A stretch of 62,917 bases of DNA from Octopus bimaculoides (lineage: Eukaryota). Position numbers and translations under genes: made by a program. Shown here piece by piece: positions 10,762-25,115 of the stretch (within the stretch, counting starts at the first letter, position 1; every line of letters starts with the position of its first letter). The DNA lies in NCBI RefSeq assembly GCF_001194135.2, contig NC_068989.1:49895229-49958145 (forward strand). The letters run 5' to 3'. The notes beneath the pieces were generated by a model that was not told the origin of the DNA, searched no databases, and saw only the letters and a program-made list of their open reading frames with translations.

Positions 10762-11544
10762 AGGAATGTGTGTATCGATTGGTATTTTCGAACAGGCTCT
10801 GTAAATTGTGTTTATCATCGCCGAATGGTCTGAATTATCGATCGCAGAAACGCGAGTTACAGATGAAGTAAAAAAAATATTAACTCCATACTTGATGTTC
10901 TTCTCTCATATTCAAAGTGTTCTTCATACTATGTAATAGCTCTGCTACAATTACTTGAAGACTACCGGGTGATATAACAGATGGAGTTTAACGTGGATGC
11001 TATCAAGAGCCGCAATCTATTTAATAATTTTAGCGCTCAGCTAGCTCATCCATTTTCCCTTTTATATATATGTAAAGGGCTATTACTATAAGTAAACGCC
11101 TCACACTGTAATGGGACTCTAAAGTCAAAACTACTTCAATAAATATACACGGCACCGAAAGCGTGGGAAAGCAACATGGAAAGTTACCTTTTAGAAGCAG
11201 ATTTAGTTGCATACCATTAATGATTTCATAGTCAGCGTGTATAATACGCCCTTTAATCCTTAGTACGATATAATCAGAGCGTATAAATATGGACGTTTAT
11301 ACATGCCAAGAAACAGCAAACGTATGAACATAGCATATACAAATGTTCACACTTATATATTCATGTAAAAGGTGGGCTTCTCAAGCTACATCTCGGTTGC
11401 ACATGTATAGTCAAAATAATACGGCACTGAATATATTTCGGTTTAATTTTTAAAAATAAAATTTATTTATATAATCTATATAAGAATTTATCAAGTGGCC
11501 AGCGTGAAAAACCAGTTTAGCAAAAAATTAATACNNNNNNNNNN

Positions 11545-11599
<55 letters not shown>

Positions 11600-11659
11600 G
11601 TATGTATATGCATGTGTATCTATATGTACACAGACACACACACTTATATATATATAGTA

Positions 11660-11977
11660 AAGATAAAGGCCCCCTTTGGTCATGAAAGGACTGCACTTAG
11701 AAAGTTCCCCTCCGAGGCACAGGACCAGGCAAGGTTGTTTATGGTAGATCAGTAGTCGTCCATACATACCAGCCTTCCCTCTCCATGTCACCGATATTAT
11801 CCGAGGGAAAGCTAACGGTGATACAATTTGGCACCAGAGAATTCAAACTCATTTCTGAGTGAACTGGAGCAATGTAAAATAAGAGTCTTGTTCAAGAACA
11901 CGTCACACAGCCCAGTCCAGGAATCGAAATCACAATCTCATGATTGTGAGCCCGACACTTTAACCACTGAGCCATTA
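11660..11977 (-). mobile_element. tRNA-SINE with family B head and a distinct long 3' tail
   Basis: CAGGAATCGAAATC B box and TAACCACTGAGCCA A box in reverse; tail AAGTTCCCCTCCGAGGCAC...AAGGTTGTTTATGG. Confidence 0.7.
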
Positions 11978-12016
11978 CATATATATATGTATACCGATAT
12001 CTTTCTATCTATCTAT

Positions 12017-12075
<59 letters not shown>

Positions 12076-12460
12076 AATGTATTTGTAGAATAGAAATAAT
12101 CTGGGGCTGAAGTCAAAATTGACGCAGAGCTTAGAATGTAAAATGATATCTTTATATACAACTGTAAGGATAGGATTTCTTCATACGCTTGGACAACGTA
12201 TTTAGGTAGAAATATATTTGGGTATTTAGGTAGAAATATATTTGGGACTACGAATCTTAATTGACTAAATTTAAAAAGTAAAAACAACAGGACTCCTTGA
12301 AAAACTACCCCAGATGCCTCAGTGGGATAGGATTATGTCTTTAATTTCTCCTGTTCAAAGCTAGCTTTCGGAATTACACCATAGGTTTTTGAATATATTT
12401 GCAAGGTCGTCTGGGTAATGCTATTCTTATGAAAATTAAGCTTCCGGAGTCGGGAGATGT

Positions 12461-12712
12461 GAGGGCGCATGGGCTAGTGGTGTTGGACTCACGATCACGA
12501 ATTCCTAGACTAGGTGATGCGTTGTGTTCTTGAGAAAAACACTTCATCTCATGTTCTCTTGCGATCACTTCGACACCTGTCGTGTAGTCAACCGTTCACC
12601 TATTCAGGTGACGTCGATTTGATGGCAGGAGTGAGGTCATGCCCAGCACAAACGTTTGAGCACTACAAACAAACCATTTGTACTGGTTGTCCACCAAGAA
12701 ATTGCAGAACCG
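12461..12712 (+). mobile_element. tRNA-SINE (family B variant; paralog of 57630-57902)
   Basis: GAGGGCGCATGGGCTAGTGG head, TGCGTTGTGTTCTTGAG, shared GTCGATTTGATGG body. Confidence 0.65.
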
Positions 12713-15700
12713 TATTTCTCAGATTACGTGAGACTACCATCATCAATCGGGTAGATTTATTTCGTAGCTGCTTTTTTTTTTTTTAACTATAGATGACTAT
12801 ATGGGCAACATACGGTTAACAGCGCAGAACAAATGACCACACTGATGCTGGTAAAAAAAAGACTTTTTATATTCTTTTATATATCAGAATTAAGTAAGAC
12901 AGATCAAAACAAAACACACAACAAAAATTGCCATATGAGATTTATTAGTCTTTATGAAATTTTTTGTTCGTTGTGAAAGAAATAGAGAATATAATGATAA
13001 TTATGTGTCAAAGTATTACTTAGTACCATAATAAATATAGTTCAACTTGATTGCTATGATTTATATGTTAATAACATTTTTGTTCAACCTATCCACCTTA
13101 ATACTTCTTAACGATACGTACCCAGCTAATAAAATATTATTATTGCCTTTTTTAATGTTAATTCGAACAAAAATATGTTTTCAAAAATGGCAATATTTTT
13201 GGTGGAATCAAGAACACTACGTCTATACACATTTATCACATATCTTATTGACCCCAAAGAATGAAAAGTAAGATTTAAACTTAGCATGTAAACAGGACCG
13301 ATCCGGGTTTTACTAATTTCCTTATAATGTCTTTGTACACTGAAATTATAAGCACAGCCAGTGACTTGCTTAGCCTTAAGGGTCCAGGTAATTCTGCCTG
13401 ACGAGAGATAATATGTCGCAATACTGGTGTCCCGAAACCCCTTACCCCAATAAAAAGCCGAGTGTGCAATGAAGTTACTGTCGACGTCAAAGGGAGAACT
13501 TGTTCTCCCTTTTATCATACTCAGTAGCAACTAGTATATTTAGAGTTTGAATTTGCTGGAACGTATTATGAATATGTATGCAAATCATCGTTACACCCAT
13601 ACACACTAACGCACGCGCACACAACATATATGTAACCATACACTTCCATATACACACACGCACATACATACATGTATATACATACATGTATATACATACA
13701 TGTATATACATACACATTAATATATATTGATTTACTTTTGTTGATTAAGTGATTTTACGAGAATATCAATTATTGAAACCAGTGTGCAACTGAAGGATTC
13801 AAAATATTAGTAATTTGTTTTCTGTTATTCTTTCTAGTTTATTAATTTCTGTTTCTACATCATAGTCTGAGTCCAAATATATGCAACATTACACTTAATT
13901 AAGGGTGCAATATCAGAGTATAGGAATATAATATGGCATAAATGTGGAGCCCTGATTCTACTGCTAAGGTGTGGAGCACTTAAAGCACATAAATTTAATA
14001 CATACACACATACACACATACACACATACACTCATGCATATACGTATGTATAAGGAGCTAGGTGTTTATATATTTTAATTGTTTTCCTTTATTCCAAAGA
14101 TCCCAAACACAACTTGTAGCACCTTTCGAAATGATGCATAGAGCTGTCCAAGTTGTCAGTTCTTTCAACCGCTTCTGAATGTAAAAGGGCAAAATGACAG
14201 AATCGTTAGAGTGTCGTGGAGAATGCCTTGCGCTATTTGTTCTGTGCCTCTGCGTTCTTAGTTCAAATCACTTCTAAGGCAATTTATCATTTCATTCTTT
14301 CAAGTGCGACGAAAATGCATCGATCCAGGGTGGTTGATTGGCGGAAATGTAGGATTGTCAGATTAAGTGCCCAACGGAAATTGTCCTGGCTGTTTGCACC
14401 ATGTGCTTGAATGCTTTTGTGATATACGTGGGCAATGGACTGAATCCATCTCCCAATTTAAAACTATTACCAGGCACCTTGCTTGAATTTAGCTCTGTCG
14501 CATTCTGTTGAGGGCATTTTGGTCTGGGGTCTGGTTTAATGATGCCTTCCTCTCTTCCACCCATCAGCCAGCCCTCTTGATTAAATATTTTTCTAAAAAT
14601 CAATATTACTACATATATGAGTATCTCTTTGTATTCGCTTACTCCTGAACATACCTGACAATCCCTCTCGGCTACTCAATCAACACATGCTAGTGTTTTT
14701 TAGTTTCATGTAAAATGAGTTTTTTTACTTCTTTCATCTTAAAATTTAAGGACATTATATATGAATAAAATTAGTGAAGGCCGTGAAATGGAGCTTTTCC
14801 AGTCTCAAATAGAATGCTTTTTAGCGTTGAGTTGGTATTCTCTGGTAAGTCCAAATGTCTTTGTAATCAACCTTGCCGTTCATACTTTTGGCTTCGATAT
14901 TGTTTCAGTCCTGTTGTTTGGAGGAACTGTTTGAACACTCGATGACATGCTTTGTGATATCTCTTCCGGCACTTTGCATTCTGAGTTCAAATTCTGCATT
15001 TTTAATCACCAATCACATAAGGACCACAATTGTCCAGCATAAAACTTACAACCAGTGTAGATAAAGTCGCGACGGCTTACGAAATATTTCCTTTAGAAGT
15101 AGAAGATAAAGGATGAATGGCTTGATAGTAAGAGGTGTTAAATCTCCTATGAAATTAGGAATATTTGAAGGAATTTTTTCTTATCATGGGATCGACTTGA
15201 GTAATAAAATGGGTTCGGTATGATTTATTACTCACGTGCTAAGTATAGTCAAGCTATTTTATTCAGCTGGATGCAAACCTCGAATATTATATATTAATAG
15301 TGAATATGCAATTAGCTTTAGTAACTCACCATTATTATGTAACGAGACAAGGTTGATTTTTTTTTAATATTTCACAAAACCGATCTTTCCTGGTGTTAGT
15401 GAGTTCTACAGAGCAGTGGATTTTTATAGTTTGTCAAGGGGGAAACTGCAGGGGTCATGACATTTTAATGTTTTGCCCACAGATTGTTATGATTTGAATA
15501 TTTGTTAATCGATGTCTACTTGCAAAACGTAAACAAGAAGGCAATTCCAGGGAAGGAAGGTAAAAATTCTGGGAGTTGGGTATGGATTTGATTTAAGGCT
15601 TAGCGTGGGGCTGGAAAAGAAAAAAAAATAGCACCGATGGAAATGGAAGGAGGACTTTTGGGAAATGGTGGTCGGGTTTTTATAAAAGATATAGTAACAT

Positions 15701-15899
15701 ACATGAGGAATATTCTCACTTAACATTGCCCAAATTATGTACATAGCTGAGAATGATGAGTTTTTGAACACTAGGTTTATTTTACAAAGAAATATAAATC
15801 ATAACGATGTAAAAGGACAGTTATTATCCTTCCAAAGCTAAAATTAATTTTAATTCTGCAACTGACTTTGTCGGAAATTCACTCACAAATCGTCAAAAA

Positions 15900-16400
15900 G
15901 TTTCTAAATATACCATTTCAGATACTTTCCGAAAGCGCTTTTGGATGAAGAAATGTACCACGATTGTACGCCTGTAGTTAAAGGAATGTATAATATCCAT
16001 TAAAGAAGAAGCAAGCACATATTTCCCATATGAGTAAGACCATAGAGCAAATAATCAAAGAACTGATTAATATTTCTAGTGGGAAATAACTTGCTATGTA
16101 CAATGTTGTTGGCAAAGTACCCTTAAAGAAGTCAGCAATTGAAAGTGGAGTGACGTGAGGAAGTATATTGAGTTCATTACTGTTTATAATAGCTTTATCA
16201 CACATAGGGCCATTTATTAGAATAGTCACATTTACAATAGATATGCCGTTGATACCAAAATATATCAAAAGCAATCGATGGTTTAAAACCGACAAGATCA
16301 ATAGCAGCGCTTAATTTCATTCAATAAGCTTATGTCAAACGAATTCACATTATATTGGCTTCAAAGTCGAAATGATTTTTCTGATTTGTGCATATTCAAT
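15900..16400 (+). pseudogene. Highly degraded LINE reverse transcriptase (L2/CR1/Jockey-type)
   Basis: SGVT*GSILSSLLFII (PQGS motif) at about 16.14-16.19 kb, followed by YAVDTKIY (YADD motif with D>V) at about 16.24-16.27 kb. Confidence 0.6.
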
Positions 16401-17419
16401 AAATGCTAGCAGGAAGTGAACGTCAGAAGTTCAGGAGAAACCTATTTACACGAAAAAAACAGTACGAATACAAAAGATGACAGGCGGAAATGCGTAACAT
16501 GGAATGTAATTATAATTATTAGTTCAATCAAGATTCATGATGCTCATAAAATCTATGTAAAGATCTCAACGATGGACAACACATATATTCCAATATTTGA
16601 ATGCTTCAAGTACTTTCCTGCCAACCTCCTAACATATTGCAAAACTGGATAGACAACGTCCATAGTGATTGGAATCCCAGCGTAACAGTGAGTATATGAC
16701 GAAAAAAACTACAATGGTTTTTGTTGTAGTGCAATGTTTCTTAATGGTGCAATGTGCTTTGGTTTTAATAATGTATTCTTGTATGCCAATATCACTATAA
16801 ACGGGCAGCAAAGGGCAGAAAATGGCAATATTGATTCCGAAAACATGTAGAGCTTGAAAACAAAAGTAATATTAGATTTGTGGAAGCCGTTGCTTTTAGT
16901 TGTCTAAATTATTACTTCCTGTTAAGCTCGTCTTGGCAAACACTCTACTTTATCAATTCTGTGTTTTAACACGAAAATATTACGCCTGACTAGTTAAGCT
17001 ATCAGAAATGGTTGAAAGATTTAAACATTTATTTATAGAGTGAAGAAGTGGGGGGATCTGTAATTAATATCCTTAAGATCTGAGCAGTACAAATATCAAC
17101 TTTTGGTATTGAAAACTATTCGAATCTACAAAATATACGCCTCTGTATGGTTCTAAAAGGTCCCAACTTTCTTTTTCCAGCTTCGAACTCGTTACTGCAA
17201 TAGCTTGAAGTTCCAAGGAATAGAACACTTCCATATACTCTTGTGAAACAAATGACCAAGATTCTGTAGAGGTCAGCATACTTGGTTATTATGTATAAAA
17301 CCCCGTATGAAACAACATTTAAAGTAAAATAACTATCACAGCGAACGAGTATCGTTTGGGTGCATGTACCATGCTTTCGCTAATTATTTCAGGTGCTTAT
17401 GTAGTCACGAATAGACATA

Positions 17420-17615
17420 GAAATCCCCCACGAAACTTCCAGGATATGACAGATGGAAGGCGAGAGAAAGCTGGTCCAGTACTAGATTGATACTCATTTG
17501 CAGTTGTGTAGATTGGAGCAACGTGAAATGAATTGTTTACTGAAAGCCACAAAAGTGCGTTCGATCCAGGGACTGAACCGAGGACAATATGGTCAAAAGC
17601 CAAACGCCCTAAGCA
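17420..17615 (-). mobile_element. Degraded tRNA-SINE
   Basis: TTGGAGCAACGTGAAATGAA ... GGGACTGAACC B-box-like sequence in reverse, shared with family B copies. Confidence 0.5.
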
Positions 17616-18239
17616 TTAGACAATGCACCAGCAGTGATGAAAATATTACCAGTAGCAACACATTCACTCACATTTTTATAGCCAAGCGCAAAGTGATGGC
17701 CATAGAATTGGATGATATGACTACAGTAAGTGGAGGACAAATACATGCACACATACACACACGCACGCAGACACACACGCACGCAGACACACACGCACAC
17801 AGCACGCACACAATACGCACACACACACGCGCACGCCCACATTGATATAGATATAAAATTATATATGTACATTTATATAAATAGAAGTTAAGGAAGAAAA
17901 CAATTGACGGTAAACGCTATTTTTCCCACTGAATAAAGAGAAAAACTGACGTGGGAGGACATGTAAACAAAAAGCAGACAGCCAGTGGACAAAAGTCACA
18001 AGGGAATCATGAGTAAAAACGAAAAGAAGAAAAGAAAACGGGGGAGATCACGACAGAGATGACGAGACAAATCCTGGATCCTTGACAACTGGTAACATGA
18101 AACGGAACAACGAATAAACAATATCATACCGAGAATTTTATCCAACAGTGGATCGATATGAGCTGTCATCAACAACCAGTACATGCATGGATACATACTA
18201 CATACATATATATACATAATACTTGCATGCCTCTCTCCC

Positions 18240-18434
<195 letters not shown>

Positions 18435-19201
18435 TCTTTCTAACATATGCACACGGAGAGAAGTGTTTTTGTTGGAAGGGAAAAGTCAATTAAATTAGTG
18501 CCTTACTTCGCAGTTAATTTTATCGAACCCAGTGAGGAGTGAATGGTGGAATTGAGCTAGGCGTGATTTGATCCTGGAAACATAAAAAAAAATCTGCTAA
18601 TCCATTGCGCACATGGGTGTCAGATAAAGGGGATACAAAGACAGAGTATTGTGTAGAGTGTTGAGACGGGTAGAGTTACATAAAAAATGAATGAGCATAA
18701 AATGAACGAAGCAGAAGTATGTATAGTATATACTACTCGATGAGACAGTCCTCCTTATACACAAGGATCTCCACTTGCAGCCATTTGAGGAAGCTCACAA
18801 ATATCCTAGATCGCCCTGAACACCATGAGAAAATGCCTGTTTCCAAATGTTAGGCTTCGACTCAGAGATGCATTCCCAGAGCAGATCCATTAAATATTGT
18901 CATTTTCGCCGCTGTCAACCACCTTTTGATAAACAAATAGGAGCACAACTCTCTCCAACCCCTCCTTTTCCGAGTGGAATTTCGAAAGGTCGATGCGAGC
19001 AGCTTAACCGAAGTACTTTCAGTCTTTTTAACCTCATCCAACACAGCATTTCACGACACAACTACTAGAGATGGAAGAACTGACAAATCTTCGAGATAAA
19101 TAAACGGAGGATAGCCGGTGAATTTTCAAAATGCACATATAGACTTAGTTGATACCTGCATCTATCTTGCTTGTAACAACACCCATGAAGAAAGGCTTGT
19201 C

Positions 19202-19282
<81 letters not shown>

Positions 19283-19885
19283 GTCTGATTGTTTTTTCTA
19301 ATCCTTCAATCCCGCTGTCCCCTATCCATCTCTACTCCTTCCACATGACCGGTGTCTGGCCAGCCATGATCTTTCTTTCATGGCCTGACTGTCGGCCACC
19401 AAGACCTCTTATGTCCATCTCCTACTATGTTCCTACCTTTAGGATTTCACTTCATACACATCAGCTCAATTTGATTCGTTCTCAGTCGAAAGACACCTGT
19501 TGTTATTTCTTGTTGTTTATATTCGTAATTGTGTACCATGTTCTCCGTTTTTTGTTTGTTTGTTCTTTGTGTCTTTGTCGCCGTACACATTCGCTAGCTT
19601 TCTTTCAAAGTGGGCAACCAGATCGAACAACCTCAAGTGTAACTGCCCGAAATGGTCGTGACTTCTGGTACTTAACTGAGGAAAGAAAGCCACGAATGAC
19701 CCGTATTTTTTGGCTGTCCTTCTAATTGTTGTTTCTCTTGTCCACCTTTGTATCGTCTAGCTGTCCGAATGTTTTATTGTCCTCTATTGCGTTCTTGTTC
19801 CATTTATATATATACCAGACTAAGAATATAAATGCGAAGAAAGGTGGAAAAAATAGCACTCGAATACCAAAGGTAGAGTAATGTA

Positions 19886-20281
19886 CTTTATTGAAAAGCA
19901 GAAACATTATCACAAAAACTGTTACTCAGAGTTTCACGTTCCCGTTCGTCGGACAGTTTTGCGGATGTCAATATATGAATATATACTTATACAAGTATAT
20001 GTATGTGTAGGGTTGGATATACATATGTGTATGAGAGAATATACACTTGTGGAAAATTGTTTATTCCCTTGAGATATAAGTGATGATAATGAAAAGTTGA
20101 CAGCCGTAAACTGAAAAATACGATCTGTCAAAAAGATGACAAGAAGGCTTGTGTGTGCCCGCACACGCGCATGCACACACGATCACATGCACACACACAA
20201 ACAGATTCCAAACAAAACTGTCCGACGAACGCGAATTTGTGACAACAGTTTTTGTGATATTTTTGCTGCCTTTCAATAAAG
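19886..20281. mobile_element. MITE-like element with about 75-bp imperfect TIRs
   Basis: Left CTTTATTGAAAAGCAG...ATCACAAAAACTGTT...GTTCGTCGGACAGTTTTG matches the reverse complement of right CAAAACTGTCCGACGAAC...AACAGTTTTTGTGAT...TTCAATAAAG. Flanks are TA and TG. Confidence 0.7.
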
Positions 20282-20362
20282 TGTGTGTATATATATATAG
20301 ATAGATAGATATGTATACACACACACATATATATACATATATGCTTGTGTGTAGTTGTGTAG

Positions 20363-20417
<55 letters not shown>

Positions 20418-20814
20418 AAGTGAAAATCTATCTATCTATCTATCTATATGGGTATATACACATATACAAAACGAAACCTCGTCTTGGATGAAATAGCAAT
20501 GCGAACACATTTCTTCTTTCTTATTAATGTATGGGGCGGGCGCTCTGTATATTTGTAACATTTAAGTAATATGTTTAGGGGCCTCCTGACGGATTGTTTC
20601 ACGATTTCACTATGCTGATGGATAGCTGAATTCTTTATATGTGTTCCTAACGGTTCTCTATTAATTAAAGGCTATCTATTTTCCTGCAGAACACAGCGTA
20701 AGAATATATTAAATACTGATGTATCCAAATATTGATGAAATAAGTTTGAAAACACATTCCTTCTATGCTATCAGTGTAAAAATATTATTTTTTTATTCTG
20801 ATTTATGATGTGGT

Positions 20815-20851
20815 CTGTCTGTCTATCTATCTATCTATCTATCTATCTATA

Positions 20852-20930
<79 letters not shown>
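20815..20930. repeat. (TCTA)n microsatellite
   Basis: Direct observation. Confidence 0.95.
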
Positions 20931-20954
20931 GCACATATATACATAAATAAATGA

Positions 20955-20994
<40 letters not shown>

Positions 20995-21133
20995 CTTCAA
21001 GNNNNNNNNNNNNNNNNNNNNNNNNNNNNNNNNNNNNNNNNNNNNNNNNNNNNNNNNNNNNNNNNNNNNNNNNNNNNNNNNNNNNNNNNNNNNNNNNNNN
21101 NNNNNNNNNNNNNNNNNNNNNNNNNNNNNNNNN

Positions 21134-21184
<51 letters not shown>

Positions 21185-21706
21185 ACATCAAGGACATGCC
21201 ATTATTATTGCAAGTCTGCCTCATTATTCTTTGAACTTTCGCTACTGTATTTATAATTTTTGGGACATTCGTGGATTTTTGGGCATATCTGTGTGTGCGT
21301 GTGTGTATACTTGTATGTGCGTGAGTTTGAGTGTGCATGGTTGCGGGTGTATGAAGGTCGAAAGTATTGTTCATTGGCATTTTTATAGTTAGTGTCTTTC
21401 TGAGAAGTTTGTGTGTGTGCATGTGATTGTGTGTACCTGTGATTGTGTGTGCATGCGCGTGTGCGGCACACACAAGCCTTCTCGTCACCTTTTTGACAGA
21501 TCTTATTTTTCAGTTTACGGTTGTCAACTTTTCATTATCATCCCTTAGATCTCAAGGGAATAAACAATTTTCCACAAATATGTATATACTCTCATACACG
21601 TATGTATATTCAACCCTACACATACATATACTTGTATCAGTATATATCTTCATGTACTGATATCCACATATTCATATATATGATACCCCAAATCTACGCA
21701 TACAAG

Positions 21707-21778
<72 letters not shown>

Positions 21779-22289
21779 TGCACATACATTTATGTATGTA
21801 TGTATGTCACTGTTCAGTCTTATTTCGTATGTATGAATGTATGTACACATTCAAAAACATGCACATGTTCCCATATAAAATCACACACATACACACACAC
21901 ACATACATATATGGTTATATACATACATGCATACATACATACATACTCATATAAGCACACAGGTACATGTTTCAAACTACACAAATAGAGGTGGTACAGC
22001 ATATTCCTCTTATGTCAGAGAGTGGTAGTTATATTTGTTATATTAATCTTTTATATTTACAACTATGTAATCTACTTGCTTTTAAGCATATGCAATCCTT
22101 CACACCAAAGGGACAGTGAAAATGTTGATAGGAAAGGAATGGTGAACCACATCGACCACCAGACTTGATTGACAATGTATCGGGTTTGTATTTGAATAAA
22201 CACTGATACTATCACGCACCCACATACACATGAATGTACACGCACGCACGCTGGGATACATACTTGTTACTATTTAGCAATGGTGATAG

Positions 22290-22900
22290 GGAAGTCATGT
22301 CCTGGGATTGGTGGTGGCAATATCTTTTGGTATTTTCTCTTAAATATTGGTCGTTGTTCTGTTATATGTATGGCTCCTTGGATTTGTAGTGAGACTATTA
22401 CATCTTGTGGGTGTGTGGATACAATTTCTACATTTATATTATTCCGTATGCCGTCACGTTATCCTTTGCATGGTGATGGAGCATCAACGTATACTTTTGT
22501 CAGTGCTCCATCAGGCTCACAGCCAGGCTACGGAAGGTTTCGCCTGATAGGCTGGGTTTGAGTTCCTATACTTGCAGTACGCCGCATTTCTAGTTTTGCT
22601 GCTAAACTTAGGGTTCATATTACATAATATACAATTACTCTTATTACATATGTTCCTATCGGAAGGGTATGTCCTTGTGTGTGATCTAACGTATTTAGTA
22701 GATATATCAAATAGTTTAATCCTAAGTTTATAATTTAATTCACCTGCAATAGCAGCGTCAGTTATATTGATCTACGGAACTTATCAACATTGTGTTACGA
22801 ATCTGTCTCTAGTACTTTCTTTCTGGCCTATTCCATAATTTCGTTCGATAATCCTGACCAGTTCCTTTTATATGTTTTCTCATGTCTCATAAAATGACAC
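22290..22900 (-). pseudogene. Penelope-like element GIY-YIG endonuclease C-terminal relic
   Basis: Reverse translation ICNKSNCILC...KTRNAAY... then AY-(frameshift)-GETFRSLAVSLMEH (22503-22552) and VEIVSTHPQD...IQGAIHITEQRPIFKRK, matching YIGET-x-R-x-L-xx-R-xx-EH ... EAI-x-I-xxxx-P-x-LN. Confidence 0.65.
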
Positions 22901-23171
22901 CTCTACCACCATCATTTGCATATATTTAATGTATGTATGTATGTATGTATGTATGTATGTATGTATGTATGTATGTATGCATGCGTGTATCTATCTATCT
23001 ATCTGTCTATGTGAGGATCTGTCTATCTACATTTATACACACATTTGCGCGTGCATACACATATTACTATGCATATAAACATCCGTGCACAAAGACATAA
23101 GGACATGTTTGAGTCTGTTTATACATACGCACATATATGTAATTACAGCGTGATGTATGTCTATGCAAATC

Positions 23172-23202
<31 letters not shown>

Positions 23203-23730
23203 GTTTGTGTGTGTGTTGTGCATATGTGTGTATTGCATGTGTATATAGATACATGTATATGAATGTGTGAAAGGAATACATTAGCGTGATAATAAGTACA
23301 TTTGTGGATAAATCGTTTCTTCGCTTGATAGTAAAGAGATAAGAATCAAACGTAGACAACCGTAAACTGAAAAACACGATCTGTTACAAAAAGTGACAAG
23401 AAACTCGTTCGTGCGAATGGACATACACACATGCACATGCACATATGCACATATACATATCCATCGAAAGATTGCACAGAAAGACACTAACCATAAAATG
23501 TCAAGGAAACACACGTACTCCGCGCCAAGCTTGCGATAATTGACGAAAGCCCAGCCATACACTTCCTCAGACCTGGTGCTGGTGTAACGTTGACGAGTCC
23601 ATCAACGAGGTTGTAACAGGCGACAAAAGAACCCTGACAAACCAGCTGAGTGATTAATAGAATGAATGATTAATGAAGGAACCGAACAGTTTATTTGAAT
23701 AACTAGTTGGCGAATAATGATAATAATAAT

Positions 23731-23942
23731 AATCCTTTCTACTGGGGCACAATGCCTCAGATTTGTGGGGTGGGGACTCGTTGATTATATCGACCCCAGT
23801 GTTTCACTGGTACTTAATTTATTGACCCCGAAAGGATGAAAGGCAAAGTCGATCTCGGCAGAATTTGAACTCAAGATTCAGACGGACGAAATGCCGCTTA
23901 GCACTTCGCCCGGCATGCTAACGATTTTGCCAGGTTTCCACC

Positions 23943-23944
<2 letters not shown>
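23731..23944 (-). mobile_element. SINE family A inside (AAT)n
   Basis: Full head, core and tail with AAT tracts on both sides. Confidence 0.9.
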
Positions 23945-23982
<38 letters not shown>

Positions 23983-23984
23983 TG

Positions 23985-24035
<51 letters not shown>

Positions 24036-24087
24036 CTGCTGCTGCTGCTGCTGCTGCTGATAATGATGATGATGATGATGATGATAA
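23945..24087. repeat. (AAT)n-(GCT)n-(GAT)n compound microsatellite
   Basis: Direct observation. Confidence 0.95.
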
Positions 24088-24860
24088 TAGGGATGTTGAA
24101 GATAAGAGACAGAGAAAACAGATGGCTGTGGATGATTAACAGTGATTTAAAACCGGAAACGGAGACGCCAATCTGTACTGCCCAAGACAAGCACTAAGAA
24201 CAAACTACATAAAATACAGAGTAGACAACACATCAGAAAATCATAAGTGCTGAATCTGTGGACAAAATGGTGAAACCGTATGGCATATTACCAGCCAGTG
24301 TAAGCAACTAGCCCAGAAGGAATATGAGAGACGCCACGACAATATAGCCAGGCTTGTCCATTGGACACTTTGCAACAAGTATTGACTTGACAGAGCAAAA
24401 TGTTGGTACGACCACAAACCTGAAAGCATTGTCGAAAATAGAAATGCAAAGATCTTATGGGATTTTGTCATTCAGTGCGATCAAACTATGCTGGATCATA
24501 GATATAGCATGCCCAGCTGAAAACATGGTATGCGATAAGGAAGAAAGAAAAGTCGAGAGATATGAGAGGTTAGCCTGGGAAGTTAAGCAGTTGTGGTCGA
24601 TGAAAAAGGTAGCTATAGTACCAATAATTGTCGGAGCCCTGGGAACAGTGAGCAAAAATCTCGAGAAGTACGTGGAACAAATAGGGGTTGTAATAAGGGT
24701 GGAGCACTTGCAGACAACAGCACTGCTTGGAACCGCTCGAATACTCCCGAAGGTGCTCGAAAAATAAGAGGTGTTACTTTAGTTCACTGGTAGTGAACAG
24801 CTGACACCGTAGTACATCTCCAGCTTTAGAAGCTGTGCAAAGGCAGCAACAACAGTAACA
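24088..24860 (+). mobile_element. R4/Dong LINE 3' end (CCHC knuckle, restriction-like endonuclease, 3' UTR), degraded
   Basis: SDLKPETET..C*ICGQNGETVWHITSQC...RRHDNIARLVHW, KILWDFVIQCD, IIDIACP...KVERYERL, VPIIVGALG, LQTTALLGTARILPKVL. Confidence 0.9.
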
Positions 24861-24871
24861 ATAATAATAAT

Positions 24872-25060
24872 TTCAATTTTTTGCCACAAGGGCAGCTTGC
24901 GGGAGGGGATTAAGTTAATTACATCGACCTCAGTGTTTCAGTGGTACTTAATTTATCGACCACGAAAGGATAAAAGGCAAAGTCGACCTCAGTGGAATTT
25001 GAACTCAGAACGTAGCGACGGACAAAATACTGCTAAGCATTCCGTCCATCTCGCTGCCTT
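24872..25060 (-). mobile_element. SINE family A inside (AAT)n
   Basis: Core and head with AAT on both sides. Confidence 0.85.
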
Positions 25061-25115
25061 GATAATAATAATAATAATCATAATAATAATAATAATAAAC
25101 AATGATGATGATGAT

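Noticed and set aside
12199-12245. 24-bp direct duplication GTATTTAGGTAGAAATATATTTGG
   Set aside because: Two units only; ordinary slippage.
16815-16860. CCGAAAACATGTAGAG hammerhead-like tail (similar at about 30490 and 39990-40020)
   Set aside because: No CUGANGA and no complete helices; too eroded to call.
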